A stretch of DNA of 64,000 nt, from positions 122,884,001 through 122,948,000 of the forward strand of contig NC_043000.1 in NCBI RefSeq assembly GCF_006345805.1, given 5' to 3'. This document shows, piece after piece, positions 53,151 to 64,000 of this stretch. The DNA is from Octopus sinensis (taxonomy: Eukaryota). The notes below the pieces were generated by a model. The model saw nothing but the letters and a program-made list of their open reading frames with translations. It searched no databases and was not told where the DNA came from. Position 1 is the first letter of the stretch. Each line of letters opens with the position of its first letter. The position numbers and the translations under genes are program-made.

Positions 53151-54246
53151 AGATATTCAGCCAGATATATAATTCAAATACTGTGACGAAAATGACTGCA
53201 GACTGATTTAAGTTTCGATCTTTTGTGACTATAACATTGCTGAAAAGTAAGTAGAGAAATAGCGAAATTAGAAGGATTTCGAAAATGAAATAAGTCGTGG
53301 TGCATGAAAATGATAATATTAATTGGAGTAATAATTACGGAATTATGAGCAAAAATATAACCTGAAAATATTACCCGAACACTGTTTATTTCACTTTATC
53401 TCTGCGATTACCACTTGTCCGTTCTGTGTCACAGTACTGAGAATGTGTCAAAAATTAAAGTCACACTCAATGTCCCTGGCTTTGATCTTTGTATTCTGCC
53501 AACCAATTTGTTGCTGCAACAGCCTACAGACATGTGTATGTGGAGCACCAATTATGTATGTCACCTGTCCTCTTCGTGGGTCATAAATTTGATTAAACAC
53601 TACCCTGGTTAGTACAAACAACATTCTACACATCGTCGTGGCACTTTACATGTTCCTTTGTAGATATATGTTAGCGACTGTCCAAATTTGAGGAGTAATA
53701 CGTTATTTTCCTTTTCACCAGTTCCCGAACGTATGCCTCTGGGAATAGGGCTCTGTCCCTCGTAATATAATTCTCCTAAGTGTTCATTTTTCCTGATGAC
53801 CACCTATGTACTACGCTTATATTCTGTCTGAACTCACTGACAAATCTGTTATTTAAATCATAGTAAATGCCGTGTGTATATGTCAGGAAGCGAATATCTG
53901 TTTTTGTAAATGTGTTTGTTTCGCTGTACTTTTTTTCTGATTGTCTTATAATAAATCTTTAGAATTTCTTTTGCGATTAGAAATGATGCTTTCACCTTTC
54001 TCTGACGGCAAAAAAATTCAAAATGTAAAGTTATTTTTCTTCCCTAAAGGGAAAAATCACAACGAAGATACTCCCTACATACTAAGTGATGTGTTCGCAA
54101 AAGCAAAACACAGAACCATCCAATTTTGACAGTAATCCGATATTTTTTTATTACCTCATGAGCTCGTAAAATACACGTCTATCAGAGACAGCTCTAATAA
54201 TAATAACAATAATAATAACAATAATAATAATGATAATAATAATTAA

Positions 54247-54311
<65 letters not shown>

Positions 54312-54313
<2 letters not shown>

Positions 54314-56927
54314 TAATAATAATAATGATATTGATGCCACCATAGAAACCATCAAGCAAAAGGTATCTGCTAAAGCTGCCCGCATAGCGAGGTATGAAAA
54401 GCGTATTAGATTCTACAGGGACAACAACATGTTCAAAAATAATCCCAAACATTTTTACCGGAAGATAGGAAAAACAACAGTTACTGTAAAGTCTGTACCA
54501 TCAAAAGAAGTGCAGGGATTTTGGAATAAAATTTGGGCAGAAGAAAAAACACACAGCGAAAAGGCCCCCTGGATTGATAGAATATCTAAAGAACTGGACT
54601 CCTTAGAAGAGCAAAAGTGGGAGGGTGTCAAGGTAGAAGATATAAGATCTGCTCTCAGGAGGTCAAGCAAATGGAAGTCTCCAGGAAAGGATAAAATCCC
54701 TAACTTTTGGTTGAATGCCTTCCCAGAGAGCCATGAACTGCTAGCAGAACTTTACAATGATGTTTTGCAACACCCTAGTAGGATGCCTCCTTGGCTAGTT
54801 AATGGGTTAACATTCCTGCTTCCAAAAAGTGAAGAAACAAATGAACCCAAAAACTATAGACCCATAACCTGCTTAACAACTATGTATAAAACACTAACAT
54901 CTGTTCTGACGGAATATACCTATAGTTTTTTGACAGACAGCAGCATATTCCCTAATGAACAGAAAGGATGTAAACGTGGATCCTACGGTTGTAAAGATCA
55001 ACTACTCATCAATAAGATGATCTTAGAAGATTGTCACAAACGACACAAAAACTTATCAATAGCCTGGATAGACTATAAAAAGGCTTTTGATAGCCTACCA
55101 CATAGCTGGATTAATAAATGCCTAGAAATGTATAAGATAGCACCTGCTCTGCGAAACTTTTTGTCTGTAAGTATGAGATCATGGAGAACCACACTAACTT
55201 TGAACAGTGACAATGAATCTCTAAATGCTGGTGATGTAAAAATTTCATGTGGCATTTTCCAGGGTGACTCACTATCACCGCTCCTCTTCTGTTTAGCCTT
55301 AATACCTCTCTCAAAACTGCTCAATGATGCGCAGTACGGATATAAAATGTTTGATAAAAATATAAATCATCTCATTTACATGGATGATTTAAAGCTCTTT
55401 GCAAAAAATGACCAACAACTCAAGGGCTTACTAGCGATTGTCAAACAATTCAGTGATGACATCAGAATGCAATTTGGCCTCGATAAATGCGCAAAAGCTA
55501 CCTTTATCAAAGGAAAAATGACAGAAACATCTAACGTTAACCATGACCAGCAGAATGTCATAAGAGAATTAGACCCAGCAGAGAACTACAAGTATCTAGG
55601 GGTAATTGAAGGAGAAGGAATAAGGCATTCAGAGATGAAGGAAAGGATCAGGAGAGAATGCTATCGCAGAGTAAGAGCAATACTCAAGACAGAGCTGAAT
55701 GCGAGAAACAGGATCGAAGCGATCAATGCATTAGCCATACCAGTCGTGACTTACAGTTTCAGTATCGTTAACTGGTCAATTACTGAAATATGTAATCTTG
55801 ACAGAAAAATACGAAAACTGTTGACAATGCATAGAATGCACCACCCTAAGGCAGATACAGAACGACTTTATCTGCCACGAAAAGAGGGAGGCCGTGGACT
55901 TTTACAACTGGCAATAACAATGAAGATTGCTACAATTGGCCTAGACACCTACCTGAAAAACTCTGAGGACTGGATGTTAAAACTTGTCTCAAAACATGAA
56001 AACAAGAAAGCATCATACTCAGTAACAAAACAGGCAAAGGAATATCTAAGTGAATTCCGAATACAACAAATTTCGGAATTAGAGATAGACATACAAGAAA
56101 CAGGCACAGTAAAAGCTAAGCGCATGAAAACCCGTGCTAAATCTGCGGCCTTAGATATTCTGAATGATAAATGGAAAGAAAAACCTCTCTATGGCAAATA
56201 CCCAAAGAGAGCAAATAATGCAGATGTTGACAAAGCCCTGACCCATCAATGGCTAATGGCCTCTGGCTTAAAATCTGAAACAGAGGGGTTTATCATAGCA
56301 GCTCAAGAGCAATGCCTACCAACAAGAAACTACCAAGCCAACATATTAAAGATCAGAAGCAGTCCAACGTGTCGTGTATGCAAGCAACAAAATGAAACCA
56401 TTGACCATGTGGTCTCCAAGTGCAGTCTTCTAGCGCCTACAGAGTATCTCAACAGGCACGATAGAGCTGCACAATATATGCACTGGGTAATCTGTAAAAA
56501 CCTGGATTTGCCCCATGAAAAAAACTGGTGGGAACACAAACCACCCCCAGTGCTTGAAAATGACCACATCTCACTCCTCTGGAACTTCGCCATTCAAACT
56601 GACAGAAAGATAGATGCAAATAGGCCAGACATCATATTGAAAGACTTCAAACAAAGAACATGCCTCCTCATTGATATGACTGTCCCAATCGATATAAACG
56701 TATCTGTCAAGACCTACCAAAAACTGAGCAAATATAAAGATCTTGAAATAGAAATCAGCAAAATGTGGAAGCTGAAGACTAAAACAATACCTGTTGTCAT
56801 AGGTGCCCTGGGAATGATAGCAAAAGGGGCAGATAGCTACCTAACTCAGATACCAAAAATGGCAGAAATTCAAAAGATAGTGCTCATGGGAACTGCTCAT
56901 ATCCTACGCAAAATACTTTCTATGTAA
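54312..56927 (+). CDS. Reverse transcriptase / CCHC zinc knuckle / restriction-like endonuclease polyprotein (N-truncated; first Met at 54429, 832 aa)
   Basis: QKGC, WIDYKKAFDS, GIFQGDSLSPLLF, YMDDLKL, YKYLG; CRVC..ETIDHVVSKC; RHD; RPDII..LIDMTVP..KLSKYKDL; no internal stops. Confidence 0.95.
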
Positions 56928-57144
56928 TCTCAAGGTTTAAAACAAACATAATTTTCGGTTTAAAAAAAAAAATTTTTTTTTTTTTAATTTTTTTTTTAGA
57001 TTCATTAGTACAACACCCCCACCCCCCAAATATATGGCACACTAGGCATAACAACAACATGAACTTCCAACCCTGTTGTCTCTTGAGGTCTCTGGGTGAG
57101 ACTTGGAGCCAACTTGTACAAATATAAAGCAAAAGTCAAACATA

Positions 57145-57207
<63 letters not shown>

Positions 57208-57221
57208 TAATAATAATAATT
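54312..57221 (+). mobile_element. R4/Dong-type non-LTR retrotransposon, 5'-truncated, inserted in (AAT)n
   Basis: RT plus RLE ORF, about 220-bp 3' UTR, (AAT)n at 54196-54326 and 57146-57221. Confidence 0.9.
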
Positions 57222-57314
57222 TTATCGTTTGCCAAAAGATCCCAAACATTCATGCAAAATGTGTTGCAGAAGGAGAATGAGGACATGTAGCAATGTACAT
57301 GTATATATGTGTGT

Positions 57315-57371
<57 letters not shown>

Positions 57372-57378
<7 letters not shown>

Positions 57379-57880
57379 GAGCAAAACGCCTCCACCCCCT
57401 GTCCAATGCACGGTGCTGAGGTGTCAAACATTTAAAACAAATTTTCTCAAAACAACTTGTCCGACCGTCCCATAGGCCTCCCCTTTGAGAAACACTGATT
57501 TAACCTAAATTTGAGACACCAGCAAAAGAAGAAATAAAGATAGACCTTTTTTCTATTCCAAAGAAAAACGATTTTATTCACACAAATATGCAACCGATGA
57601 GTTTAAAGTACCAGGCTGTTGACTGGGAGAACACAAACATGGTTTAAACAGTAAGCTTGGCAGTAAAGAAACGTGCCTTTAAGCAGTACAAAAACAAACA
57701 AAAAATGGAAGGTGCAGTTATGCATTCTCACCTGGAATCGATTTTTGTAATTTTTCAAGACTTATACACACCCTGATACCTTCGGTATCTACATATCTAA
57801 TTTGAGCGCAATCGGATGGAGGATACCCGAGATCCTAGAAGACACACACACACAGAAGGGATTTTATAATAATATATATA
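57372..57880 (+). mobile_element. Possible non-autonomous Helitron/Helentron-like element
   Basis: 3' part AATTTGAGCGCAATCGGATG..GAGATC..(CA)n..ATTTTATAATAATA resembles invertebrate DINE/Lep1-type ends; begins in (TA)n. Confidence 0.35.
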
Positions 57881-57892
57881 TATATATATATT

Positions 57893-59278
57893 CGTTCGTC
57901 CCCTTGTGTGGTTAATTTCCTGTATAGTATTCTTGTTATTTTCTCGTTTTGTAACTAATTGTACTTTTTGTACATGTATTTTTATTTTTGCAGTTTTATT
58001 GTTTGTCTATGCCAGAAAAAAGGCTTTTTCGTTCGTCCTCTTGTGTTTGTTTTTGTACATGTATTTTAATTTTGCAGTCTTATTGTTACGTCTTGTTTGT
58101 GTTCGTACTCATTGTGCCCCGCTGCTTGAAATTTTATTTTAATTCTCTCGCAGGAAGGCCTATTGGATAGTGTTCTGTTATGCCTTCGAAACATGCCTGA
58201 CTCCTCTAGCGACAGCTGATGACGGGGGTTTTGTCCTTGTGTAACCTGTCCTGTATTTGGTTTTCGTTTTCCGTTTTCTTGTTTTTTTTGTTTTTTGTCT
58301 TTTTCTGTTTCTACGTCTTATTGTGATGTCCTGTACTTCCGTATAATTATTTATATATGCATGTATATATACATGTAGATGTAGGTACGTACATATATGT
58401 TTGTATGTATGCATATATTTTTATTTATCTCCTTATTGTCTGACAGCGCCCCGCATCAGGTTCGTTCCGATTCGTCGTTTCGATCCACTTCTTGGTCCCC
58501 TTTTTTTATATTAATATTATTATATTGAAGATGCGGTACTCTCTCCCTTTGCTTTAACCTCTTCAATCTTTCTCCCTCCCCCTCCTCCTCTCTCTTCGCC
58601 GCGTGTCCCCCTCCTCCTTCCCTCTTCCTTGCCTATAAAACAAAATTCCTTTACACGTGGTTACCACTATTGAAAAGACTGCCTCCACGCGGCTGCTACT
58701 ACACTTTCGTCCTTGCCAGCAAAAAGGCTTCTTCGTTCGTCCCCTTGTGTGGTTAATTTCCTGTATAGTATTCTTGTTTTTTCTCGTTTTGTAACTAATT
58801 GTACTTTTTGTACATGTATTTTTATTTTTGCAGTTTTATTGTTTGTCTATGCCATGCCAGAAAAAAGGCTTTTTCGTTCGTCCTCTTGTGTTTGTTTTTG
58901 TACATGTATTTTAATTTTGCAGTCTTATTGTTACGTCTTGTTTGTGTTCGTACTCATTGTGCCCCGCTGCTTGAAATTTTATTTTAATTCTCTCGCAGGA
59001 AGGCCTATTGGATTAGTGTTCTGTTATGCCTTCGAAACATGCCTGACTCCTCTAGCGACAGCTGATGACGGGGGTTTTGTCCTTGTGTAACCTGTCCTGT
59101 ATTTGGTTTTCGTTTTCCGTTTTCTTGTTTTTTGTTTTTTGTCTTTTTCTGTTTCTACGTCTTATTGTGATGTCCTGTACTTCCGTATAATTATTTATAT
59201 ATGCATGTATATATACATGTAGATGTAGGTACGTACATATATGTTTGTATGTATGCATATATTTTTATTTATCTCCTA
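57893..59278. repeat. About 540-bp direct repeats (57893-58432 and 58734-59278) with a 300-bp spacer; Penelope pseudo-LTR-like
   Basis: Near-identical copies (5-bp ATGCC duplication in copy 2); internal subrepeat GGCTT(T/C)TTCGTTCGTCC. Confidence 0.9.
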
Positions 59279-61918
59279 TATATATATATATATATATACG
59301 CACACACGTGTATATATACATGTGGGGGCGGTAGAGACGTTACTATGTTGAATAGAATGTCACGTATTTGTTTTGACTACGCTATGATTTCAAATCCCAT
59401 CCTGGTAATCATTAACATACATCCATTCAGCGTCGACAGAAGAATGTACCAGACCGGTGAATGGGCAGAATAGCCAGAGCGTTGGATGGGGGTGCCTTAT
59501 CATATCCCTTCCTGCACTACTCATTCTGTTCTCTTCAATTGAGCAGACATCTTCCCATTCAGTCACCAGATCCGCGTATGAAGAATCCTTTCGTCAAAGA
59601 TGTACCAGATCCTTCGCTGTCCTATCCTCGACGATTTCTTTATGCAAAGCACTCTCTTATTATGACTCACCTCTTCCACTTTATATTTCCTGGAAGCTGA
59701 CTCACTGACTCATACCCATCGCTTCTCTCCAGCTAGTAACCTTAACAAAGTTGTTGTTATTGCTTTTGTATGAAAGTGTACGTTTTTGCTAATTGTACTT
59801 TTAAAGTGTGTACACCTCTGTTTATAAATAATTCTGTCTGTACAATTGCCATGTTTTGTATCTTGTCTTTTATCGGTATATGTTTTTTTTTTCTTTGGAG
59901 ACGGATTAGTTTCTACCAAGTTTGCGCTTAGCATCTTACCAGCTCCTCCAAATAATCCATATTAAATTAAGAGTAAGCAATGTTTGCAGGAATATGAAAT
60001 GTCAAAATGTTAAAGGACAAACCGTAAATTTCTCCCCTGAAGCAACAGAGCGATCACACTATGCGTTCCTTTGACCCGCGTTAACAAAATGGAACAAATA
60101 AAAATCCCTATCAAGGAAGCCGTTGTGAATCCAGATTTCTCCGGGGCTCTCTTAAAAACGTCCGCAAACAACAACAGAAAAACAAAACAAAGCAGCAGCA
60201 ACAAGAAAGGAATTAGATACCTTTTTGATGTTAATGTCATTTTTATGTTATGTAATTTAGCTGTTTGTGTATTACTATATTATATTTGTATAGTTTATCT
60301 TAGATTTTGCTATTGATTTTAATTCAGTGTGTTGATTTTAATTGACTATGTTGTTGGTTATGCTATGAGCTTGATAATGATGTTAGACATTGCGTTGCTG
60401 CTGTTATTATTGATGTTCAAGCTGTTGATAATATGAATTCATGTGTTGTTTTTTGCCTAAAATGATTCTATCATTTTTACAAATTTTAAATCGTTCTTTA
60501 AACTTGTTGATCTTTAAAAACTACCAGAGGCATCTGGCTTCATAATAGAATGCAGCTGCCAACACTTGTGCAACTGCTCTCCAATGTTATTGCCGAAAGA
60601 CTTTCATTAAATGCAAAGAAAAAAAAATATAACAAAATCAAAATTCCAATCATGCTTTGTTTTATGTTTTCGTTTCTTCTTGTGTTCTCCCTTCATGCAA
60701 TTGACTTATTCTTCACCATTCCTACATTTAGTTTTGTTTGCCGACGGCGAAATAGAAAATAGCGTTCTAGTCTTTCTTGTTGGTGATTTCGCGTTCCACA
60801 AGGGATGGAATAGACCCATTTTATTACACTTTAGTTTTATCATAAAGTAAGATAATTAGACTTTATAGATCTCGAGCCGGAAAATATCTTGGAGCTATGA
60901 AATAAAAGAACGTAACACGTCTATCCACTGCCTACCTACCTACTTACCTATCGTCTGTGCCAGTAAAATATGGAAGCCTTCTTTTGAATAGTGAATACAG
61001 TCGCTGTTCACGGCAATGTCGTGTGGTTGGTGTTTTCAATAGCAGCAATGTCACAAGTATTGAACAGCAAGCTACTATGAGACAGGTGTAAAGTTTATTG
61101 GAATCACAGTTACAGCTTTGTGAATAAGACAGAATTAGATTTGAAAGAATACGATAGGATTAGAATGGTAGAATTATTATAAAGTGAATATGATAGAATT
61201 ACCGTAGCGGGATTCAGGAGAATTTGGCAAGATAACAAATGCTAAAAGGAGTTGTTTTGATTATTACAGACTTCACAAGGATACCATTGTTATTGTTTCT
61301 TGTCAATATTTCTGATATCTCGTTCTAGTTCCCTAGGCGCCAGATGCGTTTCTGACAACGAAATTTATCGTACTCACCAAATGTCAGTTGACTTGGCTAC
61401 CGTATATCGAATAAGATTCTATTTTCTCTTGCAGCAACGAATCTTTGAAACTAGAAGGAAAATAAGATGGCAATCAGTAAAATTATTAAAATACTTAATA
61501 CATCAGGAATCGGAGAGTGGTGCAAGCAAATAATTGTTAAGAGTATTATTCGATGAAAATTAATTTGGGTATTTGAAATGAATTTAGAATTCCAAAATTC
61601 GGATTTATGGCTCACACTGTATTACATCATAAACGTGATATATTTGCCGTCTATTACAGTATTATTTACCCAACCATTTTAACAGTTCCCTAACATGAAT
61701 TTCCTCGAAAATTTCGTCTTCAATTAATGACTACAGTATTTACTCTGGCTTTTTACAACCTAAATTCAAGTCCTGCCAAGTCCTACTTTGTCTTTCATAC
61801 TTTCGGGTACTATAAACCAAAATACCAGTCAAAATATTGAGTAGGTGATGACAGCTAATCATTTCCCCTTAAAATTGTTGCTCTTGTGCCTAAATTAAAA
61901 AGAACTGTTGTTGTTGTT

Positions 61919-61994
<76 letters not shown>

Positions 61995-61999
<5 letters not shown>

Positions 62000-62195
62000 A
62001 CTCTGCTGACAGAATTGTGAGCACGCCGGCCAAAATGCTTGGCGGCGTTTCGTCCATTTTTATGTTCTGAGTTCAAATTCCGCCCGGATCGACTTTGCCT
62101 TTCATCCTTTCGGGGTCGATAAAATAAGTATCAGTTGATTACTAATGTCGATGTAATTGACTAGACCCTCCCCGCAAATTTCAGGCCTTGGCTTG
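61995..62195 (+). mobile_element. SINE family A
   Basis: Head and core after a (GTT)n(GCT)n tract. Confidence 0.75.
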
Positions 62196-62379
62196 AAAAT
62201 ATCTTTCTCAAGACGTAGGCTATACATAACACAGCCGCTTTTGGGGCGTGTGTAATGCTGTGAGCCCGAATATGATTTGAATCTTTTTCCCCCTTTCATT
62301 TCCCACATCTTGCTTATTTTAATATCAATATTCTTTTTGCTTTGTAGATTCTCCACTTTCGGCCAATGTTTTATTCATA

Positions 62380-62790
62380 GGCGTAGGAGTGGTTGTATGG
62401 TAAGCAGCTTGCTTACGAACGACATGGTTCCGGGTTCAGTCCCACTACGTGGCACCTTGGGCAAGTGTCTTCTACTATAGCCTCGGGCCGACCAAAGACT
62501 TGTGAGTGAATTTAGTAGATGGAAACTGAAAAAAGCCCGTCGTATATATGTATGTATTCATATGTGTGTGTGTGTATGTTTGTGTGTCTGTGTTTGTCCC
62601 CTTACATAGCTTCACAACCGATGCTGGTGTGTTTATGTCCCCGTAACTTAGCGGTTCGGCAAAAGAGAACCGATAGAATAAGTACTAGGCTTACAAAGTA
62701 TAAGTCCTGGGGTCGATTTGCCCGACTAAAAGGCGGTGCTCCAGCATGGCCACAGTCAAATGACTGAAACAAGTAAAAGAGTAAAAGAGC
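62380..62790 (+). mobile_element. SINE family B
   Basis: Full head to tail. Confidence 0.85.
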
Positions 62791-63767
62791 AAGGGAATAA
62801 GATATCTTTCCATTTGCTATATCAGAGTGGTTTGTTTTGTTAGTGTGCAAGAAATATCACATGGTTGTAACTATGTTATTGTCATATAACCATGTTTTGT
62901 AGGTGTTTATCCTAAAACAAAATTAACAAGATTGTGCAAGTACACACAGTAAATCTGCAAACATTCACAAAACAGAAATATAATGAATTTGTAAATTGCA
63001 ATGAGTTTTCTTAGCGTATCAAGCCACAAAGTATTTGTAGAGATAGCCCTACTCAAAGAAAGAAAACGAAGAGAGATATGTTAGTAGAGACAGTGTCTTC
63101 TATACAAGAACATGCAATATGTTAACGTAATTTTGACATGAGAAGCTTTCGTATACCCTCGAAAGAACTGTTTAAGGATACCGTGATACAGACATAGAAT
63201 GTTGTGGTTTCTAACGACAGGGACAGTGCATATGGTAGTGTGTGTCCAGTCATTCAGATTGAAGAAGTGGCGAAGTGACAAGCCTAGTTGGTAGAGCATT
63301 CACTAGTCCTCAAACTCGTGTCGTAATATATGGTTTAACAGAAAGCAAGGATCACAGGCAGAGGTGTTCTTACTCTAAACCTAATATTCAGTTCATCGTC
63401 GTTTCGTAGCAAAACGTCGGTAAGATGTTAAGCAGGGTGATAACGATATGCTGTCGATATGAATGGGGGATAGATGAATATAGAATTAAAGAGCTGTGAC
63501 GTATCAACAATGCCGAAAGAAAAACCATGAGATTGGAGATGCAGGACAGAAAGCATAGCTGCTACACTTGTTTGCAACCAGAAGCACCTGGGGGCCTTGT
63601 GACCGAAGGAATCCTAGCTACAGAATAGAATATAGCAGCACCGACTACACGACAAGAACAGTTCACAAAAACCTCCTTTCTTAGGAAATCACTGTTCACA
63701 GACCGAAAACAGCAGGACAGATATTTCATCCTCCGTTTCATGCACAAATGAATCTAAGAAGACAGTA

Positions 63768-63920
<153 letters not shown>

Positions 63921-64000
63921 TCTTCATCACCATCATGTGTAGAATGGATCTAGTTATCAGTTAAGTCCATCGTGAATATCATCCCGTTGCAATTCTTTGG

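Noticed and set aside
53415-53803. Adjacent short ORFs with a TACTAAC..CAG acceptor on the minus strand
   Set aside because: No consistent frame or identifiable product
58170-58240. CTGATGA near GAAAC as a permuted hammerhead (also 59020-59090 and 50546)
   Set aside because: No NUH cleavage site or proper stems in any permutation
63050-63330. Cadherin-like DRDS motif in one frame
   Set aside because: Several in-frame stops and no other cadherin motifs

Overview
Eukaryotic, AT-rich, repeat-dense nuclear DNA. It looks like an octopus (cephalopod) genome, inferred from the tRNA-derived SINE families and the microsatellite load; the sequence alone cannot prove this. Most ORFs in the supplied track are microsatellite or SINE artefacts. 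The only long real ORF is a 5'-truncated but uninterrupted R4/Dong-type non-LTR retrotransposon (RT + CCHC + restriction-like endonuclease, 54312-56927) sitting in an (AAT)n tract. Other mobile DNA: a decayed RTE-type LINE, the 3' end of a Tx1/L1-like LINE, a fold-back mariner MITE, Penelope-like remnants and several SINE families. Most interesting observations: (1) a minimal type I hammerhead-ribozyme motif in a palindromic Penelope-like element, plus three related motifs with core substitutions; (2) the main SINE family shares its 3' tail with the Tx1-like LINE in the same window and occurs as TSD-flanked multimers; (3) a 558-bp tandem-plus-inverted array; (4) locally templated insertions; (5) a divergent LSU rRNA-like fragment; (6) low-confidence host exons, namely a minus-strand signal-peptide gene candidate (27702-27633 to 19344-19256) and plus-strand exons at 43478-44030. 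No host gene could be named. I see no clear evidence of a wholly new system; the best leads are RNA and retroelement biology.
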